The notes: generated from the letters alone by a model not told the origin. A stretch of 64,000 nucleotides of DNA from Candidatus Magasanikiibacteriota bacterium (GCA_021648085.1 JAKITS010000001.1:682759-746758), one strand, 5' to 3'; counted from the stretch's first letter, positions 51,781-61,225 are shown. Numbers and translations are program-made.

Positions 51781-52017
51781 ATGACCAACTTAGCTCAAGC
51801 TTTTGCAGCGGCTGGCATCGTAGATGCAGAGTCAGCCCAAAAAGCTGAGCGGGCAGTGGAACGTCGCGCCGCCGTAAACACACTTTGTGTTCGGGTGAGC
51901 AAGGCTTTCCAACTCGCCAAATCGCTTCCTTCGGGAAGTGACGCCGCGAATCGGGAGTGGAAGCATTATTATACGCTACGCAACCGCCTGCCCTACCATC
52001 TCCGACAAGCCTACTAG
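51781..52017 (+). CDS. GC-rich 78-aa orphan ORF
   Basis: AAAGGAGG SD; hand count 131/237 G+C; contains a cUUCGg hairpin. Confidence 0.6.
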   Translation: MTNLAQAFAAAGIVDAESAQKAERAVERRAAVNTLCVRVSKAFQLAKSLPSGSDAANREWKHYYTLRNRLPYHLRQAY

Positions 52018-52414
52018 GCAAAAAGGATATGGTTAATCGGACTCCCGCCGAGCCGATGAAAAATAAACGGGAACAAATCTTCTTGTCTAATAGAGGACAG
52101 AACAAGAAGTTGAAGTAATTTAATAGTAAAACTTCCTAAAAAGTACTATCCAGCCCATCGCCTGCTGTAAATGGTGAAAAATGTGGGAGTAAATTGCTAA
52201 AAACAATTTACTCCCTACCTTAACTAAATATTTAAATATATTTTGAATAATTAGTTAGGGTCTTTAAAAAAATATTACAAATCCTGGATTCAATTGAGTT
52301 TTTAAATAAGTTAAAAGTTTAATTGAGTTCCTTTTACAGTTTTTTTCACAAGAGGCCTCGTATGAGCGATTACGGAGGTAAAATCACCGCGTACCCACAA
52401 ATAGGAGAGAAATC
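52018..52414 (+). ncRNA. Putative ~400 nt structured intergenic RNA
   Basis: Consecutive hairpins including perfect 12-bp 52185-52215 and a 20-bp stem 52286-52330 with five G-U pairs. Confidence 0.45.
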
Positions 52415-53038
52415 ATGAAGACAGCGTACTCCTTTGATTCTACTATTAAAATTCCAGATTTTCTAAAAAACCCAGCTTTTTATCTGGGAAATGAATGGCT
52501 CTTATCTTTAAACAAGTCGAAGTTTACTAAAAAACAGTGGAAAAATAATGGAAACCTACTGTATGTTTTAAAAGCAGTAGGACTACTTTTACTTATTTGT
52601 AAAAGTAGAAAGGTGGAAAAGCTAGCAAAAAAATGGCTAGAACCAGAAGAAGAGATTGAAATAAAAGCTTTGATAGATTTTTTAAGATTTGCTCTAATTA
52701 TAGAGTCAGATCCTGCGGTAGCACCAAGCTTAATGTATATAAATACATTAAGCCCTGTATTAGAAGCGCAAATAGAGGTCTCCGCTATTGACAAAATTTT
52801 AGAAATACTTGATGCAAAGAATAAACATAGTTTTCCTGTTGGAGATATTGAATGGTGTATTTTTGGGCTTGATCAGTTGCGAATAGCTCAAAAAGGTAGA
52901 CACCCCACCCAAGATGATATTGATTTTGATTTCAAAATAATGAATCAATCTCAATTTAAGCGGACAATTTCCGCTATTTTCCCAGAGTATGAAAAGGCTT
53001 TGGAGGAATTCTTGGTAACACAAACGGCTTTTGTCTGA
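52415..53038 (+). CDS. Orphan hypothetical protein, 207 aa
   Basis: AGGAG SD, long ORF, no family recognised. Confidence 0.7.
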   Translation: MKTAYSFDSTIKIPDFLKNPAFYLGNEWLLSLNKSKFTKKQWKNNGNLLYVLKAVGLLLLICKSRKVEKLAKKWLEPEEEIEIKALIDFLRFALIIESDPAVAPSLMYINTLSPVLEAQIEVSAIDKILEILDAKNKHSFPVGDIEWCIFGLDQLRIAQKGRHPTQDDIDFDFKIMNQSQFKRTISAIFPEYEKALEEFLVTQTAFV

Positions 53039-53166
53039 TAATTAATCAGACACAAAGTCATTCCCCAGACTTTTACATTTTTTGTAAGTAAAAGTCTGGG
53101 TCTCACTTTTACACTTTTATAAAATAAGAGTAGAAAAGTGAGACTCATCACAAAAAAGGAGATAAA

Positions 53167-53307
53167 ATGAGTAAAAAAAAGAAAAAAAGAAAACTCAAAA
53201 CTGTACCACGAAATTTCTTTGTTGTTCAAATGCGAACAGAAAGAAAAAATGGTGCTCACAAAAACAAAAACACTTGTCGTGGAAAATACAGAAGCAACTC
53301 TTATTAA
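53167..53307 (+). CDS. 46-aa highly basic microprotein, not in the ORF track
   Basis: AAAAAGGAG SD; MSKKKKKRKLKTVPRNFFVVQMRTERKNGAHKNKNTCRGKYRSNSY; stop lies in the terminator loop. Confidence 0.6.
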   Translation: MSKKKKKRKLKTVPRNFFVVQMRTERKNGAHKNKNTCRGKYRSNSY

Positions 53308-53429
53308 TTAGAGTTGCTTTTTATTTTTTTAAGTCCAAACCCTTGACAAATAACTATTTTTATGGTTTAATTAAGCCTGCTTTAGTGTGGTGCTGGAGCA
53401 GTTCGATCCTTACAAGGAGTAAATGGTAA

Positions 53430-53591
53430 ATGAATTCAAAAATCTGTGTTGTACAACTCACACCTCCCAACAACCAAAAACCAGCAGCTAAAGGTAAAAA
53501 TACCAGAAGCTGTTGGAAACACGCTAACCAAAGGCGTGAAAGAAGAGAGGTGAAAGTGCAACTCAAAAATACCAATCTTAAAGATTGGTAA
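53430..53591 (+). CDS. 53-aa basic microprotein, not in the ORF track
   Basis: TTGACA 53343, AAGGAG SD; MNSKICVVQLTPP...HANQRRERREVKVQLKNTNLKDW. Confidence 0.5.
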   Translation: MNSKICVVQLTPPNNQKPAAKGKNTRSCWKHANQRRERREVKVQLKNTNLKDW

Positions 53592-53603
53592 AAAGGAGAA
53601 ATA

Positions 53604-53957
53604 ATGAAGATTCTTGTAGATAATAAACCTGGTTCTTCAAAACTGGAGATAGATAGTGAAAATGATGCTCTTTTAGCCTCCATTTCTCTTGATATTACCG
53701 AAGGTATTATCAATAGTCTAAGCTCTTGGACAATTATAGAAATTAATGGGAAAGATTTTTGTGTAATTTCAATGATACGAGCAGATTTTTTTATGTTTAA
53801 TTCCAATTTGTCAATAATTCCACTAAATAAAGAAATGATTTTTTATTTTATTACTGAGTGCCAAACGGCACTCAGTGAAATAAAGGAAGGCTCAAAAGAG
53901 GAATCTTTTTGGGCAGCCAAAATTGTAAAGCTAGACAAAATTTTGTCTCATTACTAA
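53604..53957 (+). CDS. Orphan hypothetical protein
   Basis: AAAAGGAG SD; terminator AATCCCCGCACA-AA-TGTGCGGGGATT. Confidence 0.65.
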   Translation: MKILVDNKPGSSKLEIDSENDALLASISLDITEGIINSLSSWTIIEINGKDFCVISMIRADFFMFNSNLSIIPLNKEMIFYFITECQTALSEIKEGSKEESFWAAKIVKLDKILSHY

Positions 53958-54042
53958 AACCCAAATCCCCGCACAAATGTGCGGGGATTTTTTTATTGGC
54001 ACTAATTATATTATAGGGTTTTCTATTTAATTACAAAACAAC

Positions 54043-54330
54043 CTTAATTCTTAACCTCGGAGAGGTCTTTCTTCCACGTCATCTTGAGCGACAGTCGAAA
54101 GATCCCCGTGCAATATCACAAAATATAAATAATTATAATAAAACATAAGTCAGTTTTTTCTTTTGTTCTTTGTTAGTTCTGGTGATTCTATTTCGAGATC
54201 CGTTCGACTTCACTTCGTTCCGCTCAGGATGACGTGAGAGAATAGAATTAAGAAATAAGATAGAAAGAAAATTTCCTACTTAAATACGAAGTAGTCTTAG
54301 TACTTAATTCTTAACCTCGGAGAGGTCTTT
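54043..54330. repeat. Family B REP-like element (54075-54236) enclosed by a perfect 28-bp direct repeat
   Basis: CTTAATTCTTAACCTCGGAGAGGTCTTT at 54043-54070 and 54303-54330. Confidence 0.8.
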
Positions 54331-54336
54331 TTCTGA

Positions 54337-57300
54337 TTAATCTACTTTCCTCACTCCAAGTTCTATTTCAACATCACCAATTTTTACACTTTTTTCTCCG
54401 CCGTCCTGCAAAATTTCATCTGCTAAAACACCCTTTTTAATATCTTCTGCAAATTTTTCAAACACGCTTTGAAGTAGAAAATCTTCTGTATGATAAGTTA
54501 TCACAACTCTGTCTTCTCTAGTTAAACCTTGTTCTTTGCGAAGTTGGTTCACCGTTCTTACAATTTCACGCATCAAACCTTCTTTTTTCAATTCTTCTGT
54601 TATTTCTGTGTTGAGTGCAACTAATGTTCTTTGACTTTCAATAACAAAATATTTTTTGTCTTTTTTAACTCTATTTATGTCAGGACATCCCATTTTTAAG
54701 AATTTAACTTCTTTAACATTTAACTCATTTTTAATTAAAGTTTCATATTTTTTCTTTTCTTCATTATCATCATAAATAGGCGGTCCAAAAAAACAAACTT
54801 CTGACAAAGGTTGCCTAACTTTAATTCCAGCACTTGATCTAGCAGATTGACCTAACTCAATAATATCTCTTGTGGATCTCATATTTTCTAATGGTAGAAA
54901 ATCAATATCACCTTCCAGAACTTCTGGCCAATCTTCTAAATGCACACTTTCTGCAGTTCCTTCACCTTTTATTTGCAAGTAAATTTTGTCTGCAATAAAC
55001 GGCATAAATGGCGCCATCACTTTTGATAAAGTTAACAAAACATAACCCAAAGTTTTTTCTGCTTGTTTTTTGTCTTTTTCCAAATCACCTTCAGTAGAAT
55101 TCATTTTAAATCTATCACGACTTCTACGAATATACCATTGAGATAAATCTGCAATAAAATCTTGGATTGGACGAATTGCTTCAGCAAGTTTATACTCCTC
55201 CATATTTTTGGTGACATCTACTACCAATCTGTTCAGTTTTGCTACAATCCACTTATCCAAAACATTTTCCAATTCTACTGTATTTATTTTGCTCACAGCT
55301 TTTTCCTCTGCAAACATTTCATAAAAACTAAACACATTCCAAAGCATATTTATCACTTTTCCATAAACTTCACGCACACCTTTTTCAGAAAAACTCATAT
55401 TTTCTGCATGTACAACAGGCGAAGAAAGTAGATAATATCGCAGAGCATCTGAACCATATTTTTCCAAAACCAACATTGGATCTGGATAATTTTGTAGACG
55501 CTTACTCATCTTTTTTCCGTCTTCTGCCAAAATAATTCCGTTTACAATTACATTTCTAAAAGCTGGCAAAGATTCATCTGTTGGAATAGTAGGATTTTCT
55601 CCGCGAGTAAGTGCCGTCGCCAAAACATGTAAAGTATAAAACCAACCACGAGTCTGGTCTTGACCTTCTGCAATAAATTCTGCTGGAAAACCTGCTTCAA
55701 ATTTTTCTTTGTTTTCAAACGGATAGTGCATCTGGCCATAAGGCATAGCACCAGATTCAAACCAACAATCTAAAACCTCTGAAACTCTGTGATATGTTTT
55801 TCCATCTTTTTCAAAAACCAATTTGTCCACGGTATCTTTGTGCAAATCTTCTACTTTTTGCCCAGACAACTCCTCTAATTCTTCAACACTTCCTACACAA
55901 ATAAAATCTTCACCATCATCACTTCTCCAAATAGGAAGTGGCGCACCCCAAAAACGATTTCTAGAAACAGCCCAATCTCTTACATTTTCCAACCACTTTC
56001 CAAAACGCCCTTGTTTTATATGGCTTGGTACCCAGTTTGTCTTTTCATTATTTAATAGTAAATCTTCTTTAAGTTCTGTGACGCGAATAAACCAACTGCT
56101 TGTTAAATAGTTTAAAAGTGGCGTATCACAACGCCAACAATGTGGATAGCTGTGCAAATATTTTTCTTTTGCAAACAATTTTCCATTTTTTGCAAGCCAT
56201 TTTATAATTTCTACATCAGTCTTAGAATGATCTGCTTTTGGTTTTACTTCTTGCCCGACAAAATCTAGCACTTCTGGTTTAAATTTTCCATCCATTCCTA
56301 CATGTTGCACAAAATCAATCTCCTCTTTTTCTCCCAAACTATAGTCATCAGAACCAAAAGCTGGTGCAATATGTACAATTCCAGTTCCATTTTCTGTCGT
56401 CACAAAATCAGCTTCCACAACTTTAAATGCATTTTTTGTATCTTTATAATAAGGAAATAATGGCTCATAATTTAAACCAACCAATTTTGAACCTGTAAAT
56501 TCTGCCACAATTTCGTAAGCTCCTTTTGTCACATAATCAGCTCTCTCTTTTGCAACCAAAAATGTCTCTTTATTTTTTTCACCATTTTCATTTATTGTAC
56601 GAATTTGCAAATAATCTATATCATTTCCAACAGCAATTAGCACATTTCCCGGTAATGTCCACGGGGTTGTAGTCCAAGCCAAAATATATAAATCTTCCTC
56701 AACTCCCAACTTTTCTTTTGCATTCAAAACTTTAAACTGTGCTGTCACAGTTAAATCTTTTATATCTTTATAACCTTGTGTCACCTCAAAATTTGAAAGT
56801 GGGGTCTCACAACGCGGACAAATATGCATTGGCTTCCTACCCTCATAAATCAAATTCTTATCCCAAAGCTGTCTAAAAACCCACCAAACGCTTTCCATAT
56901 AATTTATATCCATAGTTCGGTAGGAATTTTCCATATCCACCCAACGACCAAATCTATGAATTATTCTTTTCCACTCGTCTACATAATTTGAAACATTAGA
57001 CCTGCAAGCATCGTTAAAATTATGTATGCCAAAATCTTCAATATCTTTTTTTGTTTTCAAATCTAAAGCCTTTTCTACAATATTTTCAATTGGCAAACCA
57101 TGACAATCCCAACCCCATTTTCTCTCTACACGAAAACCACGCATAGTCCAAAAACGCGGAATTGTATCCTTCATTGCAGTTCCAACTATATGCCCATAAT
57201 GTGGCAAACCTGTCGCAAACGGAGGTCCGTCATAAAAAACATATGGTTTATCTTTTGGTCTACTTTCTACTGATTTTTCAAAACACTTATGCTGATCCCA

Positions 57301-57342
57301 ATATTTTAAAATTTCTTTCTCATTTTTATCTGCTTCGTACAT
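54337..57342 (-). CDS. ileS: Isoleucine--tRNA ligase, type 2
   Basis: DGPPFATGLPHYGH, GWDCHGLP, WTTTPWTLP, DQTRGWF, KMSKR. Confidence 0.97.
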   Translation of the reverse strand: MYEADKNEKEILKYWDQHKCFEKSVESRPKDKPYVFYDGPPFATGLPHYGHIVGTAMKDTIPRFWTMRGFRVERKWGWDCHGLPIENIVEKALDLKTKKDIEDFGIHNFNDACRSNVSNYVDEWKRIIHRFGRWVDMENSYRTMDINYMESVWWVFRQLWDKNLIYEGRKPMHICPRCETPLSNFEVTQGYKDIKDLTVTAQFKVLNAKEKLGVEEDLYILAWTTTPWTLPGNVLIAVGNDIDYLQIRTINENGEKNKETFLVAKERADYVTKGAYEIVAEFTGSKLVGLNYEPLFPYYKDTKNAFKVVEADFVTTENGTGIVHIAPAFGSDDYSLGEKEEIDFVQHVGMDGKFKPEVLDFVGQEVKPKADHSKTDVEIIKWLAKNGKLFAKEKYLHSYPHCWRCDTPLLNYLTSSWFIRVTELKEDLLLNNEKTNWVPSHIKQGRFGKWLENVRDWAVSRNRFWGAPLPIWRSDDGEDFICVGSVEELEELSGQKVEDLHKDTVDKLVFEKDGKTYHRVSEVLDCWFESGAMPYGQMHYPFENKEKFEAGFPAEFIAEGQDQTRGWFYTLHVLATALTRGENPTIPTDESLPAFRNVIVNGIILAEDGKKMSKRLQNYPDPMLVLEKYGSDALRYYLLSSPVVHAENMSFSEKGVREVYGKVINMLWNVFSFYEMFAEEKAVSKINTVELENVLDKWIVAKLNRLVVDVTKNMEEYKLAEAIRPIQDFIADLSQWYIRRSRDRFKMNSTEGDLEKDKKQAEKTLGYVLLTLSKVMAPFMPFIADKIYLQIKGEGTAESVHLEDWPEVLEGDIDFLPLENMRSTRDIIELGQSARSSAGIKVRQPLSEVCFFGPPIYDDNEEKKKYETLIKNELNVKEVKFLKMGCPDINRVKKDKKYFVIESQRTLVALNTEITEELKKEGLMREIVRTVNQLRKEQGLTREDRVVITYHTEDFLLQSVFEKFAEDIKKGVLADEILQDGGEKSVKIGDVEIELGVRKVD

Positions 57343-57520
57343 AAAATGACAATTAACTTTCTTTTTAAATTTACTTATTTATATTATCCAATTCCCTAGG
57401 CAATGTCAACAAAAATAGCTGAATTTAGCTTTTAGACTTCAAACTTCTGATTTAAGTTTTATATTTTGGAAAATAAAAAAATAGCCCGAAAGCTACTTGA
57501 AATTTAAGAAAACTATTTTT

Positions 57521-57784
57521 TTATTTTGAAAGATTTTTTAAAATAATAATTTCTTTTGGTTTTCTCCTCTTACCAAGAATACACAAAGCAATGTCCTTCT
57601 GCACAAACTTTTTTTGTAACTCGTTGACCTCATATAATAAAGCCAATGCTCTTCTAAAAATTTCGGCACAATCCTTAACGCCAAAATCTTCTCTCAGCGA
57701 TTCTATAATCTTATACATTTCGAAGCTTATGTTTATTCCAATTCTCACACGAACTTCTTTATTTTGAATTTCTTGTTCAGACAC
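57521..57784 (-). CDS. Orphan ribbon-helix-helix-like DNA-binding protein
   Basis: VRIGINIS..MY..I...R......AEIFRRALAL; TTGACA and AAAAAGGAGG SD. Confidence 0.6.
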   Translation of the reverse strand: MSEQEIQNKEVRVRIGINISFEMYKIIESLREDFGVKDCAEIFRRALALLYEVNELQKKFVQKDIALCILGKRRKPKEIIILKNLSK

Positions 57785-57887
57785 TTCAGCCCTCCTTTTT
57801 GTTGTATAATTATTTCAAATAAATAATAGCAATTTTTCACACTTTTGTCAATAAAAAAACCGCCTATTTAATAGACGGTTTATATTT

Positions 57888-58526
57888 TTAAGCGCAAAAC
57901 CTACGAAGTGATGCTTTAGCTCTTTCGTCCAAATTCATCCAAGCTCTCAAAATCTTGTATTCTGCAATTAAGCTTTCGAAACTACCAAATTCGTTTATTT
58001 CAAATTCCAAATCTTCAAGTCTAAATTTAAGCTGATTAAACTCTTTCAAATAAACTGCCGTTGCAACTCGCATATCATATTTTTTCATAGCTTCATATTT
58101 TACAAGATGCTCTTTAAAAATTTTGGTCAACCTATGAGTACTCAAAATTCTTTCCTGCAAAATTTTTAAATGGCATAATATTTTATTATCTCTTTCGTAA
58201 CTAATCTGCCTATTTAATTCAAAAACTCTATCTCTTTTCACAGAATAAATACGGTTACTTGATTTAATAGCACAAAGCTCTATCATTTTCTGTAAAAATC
58301 TTTTTCTTTTGCTGGCCTCCTCTTTTTCTCTCAACCCTACAGTTTTCTCATTACTTTTGGCTGGAATATGTCCTTTTTCTATTACGATATACCCTTCCTT
58401 ACCCTTAGATCTTCGGCATTGTCCAAAGATCCAATTAAACGCATTCATAAACTCCAGAGGAAAATCAATAAAATCAATAAAACCCAATTTTTGTTTTAGA
58501 TTTTCTTGTGTTCCTTCTATCACCAT
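57888..58526 (-). CDS. Orphan basic coiled-coil protein
   Basis: AAAAAAGGAGG SD; terminator at about 57853-57880. Confidence 0.65.
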   Translation of the reverse strand: MVIEGTQENLKQKLGFIDFIDFPLEFMNAFNWIFGQCRRSKGKEGYIVIEKGHIPAKSNEKTVGLREKEEASKRKRFLQKMIELCAIKSSNRIYSVKRDRVFELNRQISYERDNKILCHLKILQERILSTHRLTKIFKEHLVKYEAMKKYDMRVATAVYLKEFNQLKFRLEDLEFEINEFGSFESLIAEYKILRAWMNLDERAKASLRRFCA

Positions 58527-58527
58527 C

Positions 58528-58806
58528 TTAACCTCCTTTTTTGTCTTTAGTTTTTTCTTCTGGGAAAACTTCGTAATAAATTACAGGATCTATCTGAAAA
58601 ATATCCCGATTATCATCATTGAGTTCAATAGCAGGCTCATCCTCCTCTTTTGCCAACCTGTTTATCTCAAAAATTAACCGCTCCAAAGTGCTAAAATCAC
58701 AATATTTCGCAATTTTATATGTTAAATCACTTTGCACAAAAGTTTTCTTATGCAAAGCTTTACAAATTTTTTTGACTATTTTGTAGCCCAAACTTAATTT
58801 GGTCAT
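58528..58806 (-). CDS. Orphan hypothetical protein
   Basis: Minus-strand TTGACA 58884-58879, AAAAGGAGG SD. Confidence 0.6.
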   Translation of the reverse strand: MTKLSLGYKIVKKICKALHKKTFVQSDLTYKIAKYCDFSTLERLIFEINRLAKEEDEPAIELNDDNRDIFQIDPVIYYEVFPEEKTKDKKGG

Positions 58807-58932
58807 TTTACCTCCTTTTCAACTCCTCTATTTTATTGTAATGTGCTTAATACCATTTTTAGCACAAAAACCAAGTTTTGTCAATTCAAAATAAAGGTGT
58901 AGAATAAGATTATACTTATTTTATAAAATAAT

Positions 58933-59373
58933 ATGGAAAAAATATATTTAGCAACAGACCATGCCGGTTTTGAACTAAAAGAAAAAATTAAACAATTTTT
59001 AATTGAAAGAAATTTTGAAATAGAAGACAAAGGAGCAGTAGAGCATAATGAAAAAGATGATTATCCAGATTTTATATCTTTAGTCGCAAAAGAGATATCA
59101 CAAAATCCAAATAAAAAAGCCATTATTTTTGGTGGTTCCGGTCAAGGTGAAGCTATGGCGGCAAACCGTTTCCCAAATGTTCGCGCTGTAGTTTTTTATG
59201 GAGGAAATTTAGAAATTATAAAACTTTCACGAGAGCATAATGATGCAAATATACTTTCAATAGGCGCAAGATTTCTAAACGAAGAAGAAGCAAAGACAGC
59301 AATAGAACTTTGGCTAAACACAGAATTTACAAATGAAGAAAGACATATCCGAAGAATAGAAAAAATTGTATGA
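58933..59373 (+). CDS. rpiB: Ribose-5-phosphate isomerase B
   Basis: DHAG, DDYPD, GGSGQG..MAAN, REHNDAN, RHIRR. Confidence 0.95.
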   Translation: MEKIYLATDHAGFELKEKIKQFLIERNFEIEDKGAVEHNEKDDYPDFISLVAKEISQNPNKKAIIFGGSGQGEAMAANRFPNVRAVVFYGGNLEIIKLSREHNDANILSIGARFLNEEEAKTAIELWLNTEFTNEERHIRRIEKIV

Positions 59374-60014
59374 TTAAAATAATCCCAGCAATAAATGTTA
59401 TATCACAAAACGAATTTGAAAAACAAATAAAATCAGTAGAAAATTCTGTTGATTTAGTTCAAATTGATATCGCCGATGGCAAATTTACACATTGGAAAAA
59501 TTGGGCTGATGCAGAAAAAATTAAAGAAATTCCAACAACTTTAAGTTATGAATTGCATTTAATGGTAGAAAATCCAATTCAAGAATTAAAAAAATGGGAA
59601 AGTCTCTCAAATGTACAAAGAATAGTTGTTCACACCGAATCTTTTAAAGAAATAAATTTGGAACTTTTTCATAAACTTGTAGATTTTGGTTTTGAAGTTG
59701 GCTTTGCACTTAATCCAAAAACTTCAATCGAAAAAATAGAATTTTTATTACCAAACCTTGAGTACATACTCTTTTTAGGAGTAAGTCCAGGAAAATCTGG
59801 GCAAAAATTTCAGAAAAAAGTTTTAGAAAAAATAAAAAAAATAAAAGTTGCATTTCCGCACATTAAAATAGAAGTTGACGGAGGGGTAAACGAAGGAACT
59901 GCAAAAAATATTTCCAAAGCTGGCGCCGATATTTTATGTATTGGAAGTGCAATTTTCAATGAAAACGGAACTCCAGCTGAAAATTTAACTTTTTTCAATA
60001 ATCTGGTAAACTAA
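59370..60014 (+). CDS. rpe: Ribulose-phosphate 3-epimerase
   Basis: DIADG.F, HLMV, PG.SGQ, EVDGGVN, GSAIF. Confidence 0.93.
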   Translation: MIKIIPAINVISQNEFEKQIKSVENSVDLVQIDIADGKFTHWKNWADAEKIKEIPTTLSYELHLMVENPIQELKKWESLSNVQRIVVHTESFKEINLELFHKLVDFGFEVGFALNPKTSIEKIEFLLPNLEYILFLGVSPGKSGQKFQKKVLEKIKKIKVAFPHIKIEVDGGVNEGTAKNISKAGADILCIGSAIFNENGTPAENLTFFNNLVN

Positions 60015-60019
60015 TTAAT

Positions 60020-60141
60020 ATGTTATATTTAGCGGAACAAAGTGAAGTCGAAATATCTCGTGTCTATTTCATAAGAATTTTATATATTTATAATTCTATG
60101 AAATTTAATCGAGATCCTTCGACTTCGCTCAGGATGATGTG
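60020..60141. repeat. REP-like paired palindrome, family B, with degenerate left end
   Basis: AGCGGAACAAAGTGAAGTCGAAATATCTCG ... CGAGATCCTTCGACTTCGCTCAGGATGATGTG. Confidence 0.75.
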
Positions 60142-60166
60142 ATTTATTTTATATAATTTAAAAAAT

Positions 60167-61117
60167 ATGTACGATTTGATAATAATTGGAGCGTCGGCCG
60201 CAGGACTTTCAGCATCTGTTTACGCGGCGCGTAGAAATTTAAAATTTTTAGTAATATCCAAAGATATTGGTGGAGAGGTTGCACTTTCTGGAGAAGTTGG
60301 AAACTGGCCTGGAATTATAAAAATAAATGGAATGGAATTGGCAAAGAATTTCGAAGATCACGCCAAATTTTATAACACAGAAATTCGCGAAGGAACAGAA
60401 GTCCTAAAAATAGAACAAAAAGATAATATTCATATAGTTCACACAAAAAAAGGTGCTAAAAAAGTAAAACTTGATACAAAATCTATAATTGTAGCAAGTG
60501 GAATACACCCACGAGAGCTAGGTATTCAAGGTGAAAAAGATTTTCGTGGAAAAGGTATTACATATTGTACAGTTTGCGATGGCCCACTTTTTAAAGGAAA
60601 AATAACAGCCACAATTGGCGCTGGAAATGCAGGTCTAGAATCTGCTCTTATGATGAGTGGGATTGCTGAAAAAGTTTATTTAATATCAAACAAACCAAAT
60701 ACAAAAGAAATGAATGGTGGTTTTCCAAAAGGTGAAAATATTTTAATAGACAAAGTAAAAAAAGCAAAAAATATAGAGATAATTTATAATGCGAACACAA
60801 CAAAAATTTTGGGTGATAAAATGGTTTCTAGTTTGAAATATGAAGATAGCGAAAGTAAAAAAGAAAAAGAATTAGAAGTTGGTGGAGTGATGGTCCACAT
60901 AGGAACAATTCCAAATTCCTATTTTATAGACTGTGTAAACAAAGATAAACAAAAATCAATAAAAATCGACCAAAAATGTCAAACTAGTTGCAAAGGAATT
61001 TTTGCTGCCGGCGATGTAACGAACATACCACACAAACAGATAGTTATCGCTGCTGGACAAGGTGTTATAGCAGTACTAAGTGCAATTGATTATATAAACA
61101 GATTTGAAACAAAATAA
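60167..61117 (+). CDS. trxB: Thioredoxin reductase / AhpF-like disulfide reductase
   Basis: IIGASAAG, CTVCDG, GAGNAG, FAAGD, GQG. Confidence 0.88.
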   Translation: MYDLIIIGASAAGLSASVYAARRNLKFLVISKDIGGEVALSGEVGNWPGIIKINGMELAKNFEDHAKFYNTEIREGTEVLKIEQKDNIHIVHTKKGAKKVKLDTKSIIVASGIHPRELGIQGEKDFRGKGITYCTVCDGPLFKGKITATIGAGNAGLESALMMSGIAEKVYLISNKPNTKEMNGGFPKGENILIDKVKKAKNIEIIYNANTTKILGDKMVSSLKYEDSESKKEKELEVGGVMVHIGTIPNSYFIDCVNKDKQKSIKIDQKCQTSCKGIFAAGDVTNIPHKQIVIAAGQGVIAVLSAIDYINRFETK

Positions 61118-61225
61118 AATAAATTCAAAATAAAAAATTATCTTCCCTGATAATTTTTTATTTGACTTAAACTTTTAGAAATTATAGAATTTAACCAAGA
61201 AGTTCTTTAACAAAAGGAGTAAGCA

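Noticed and set aside
52150-52165. Fluoride riboswitch (GGCGATGG on the minus strand)
   Set aside because: The downstream pairing and pseudoknot are absent, and there is no cognate gene
51273-52414. tmRNA, RNase P RNA, SRP RNA or a group I/II intron as the identity of the structured region
   Set aside because: No tRNA-like ends or ALAA-type tag, no GAGGAAAGUCC, no SRP loop, no intron catalytic motifs seen by eye; an Rfam scan is still needed
53167-53325. ArfA/BrfA-style non-stop mRNA
   Set aside because: The stop codon lies in the terminator loop, before the U-tract, so the transcript would contain it
57521-58806. Toxin-antitoxin pair built on the RHH-like gene
   Set aside because: The RHH gene has its own promoter and is separated from its neighbours by a terminator; no toxin motif recognised
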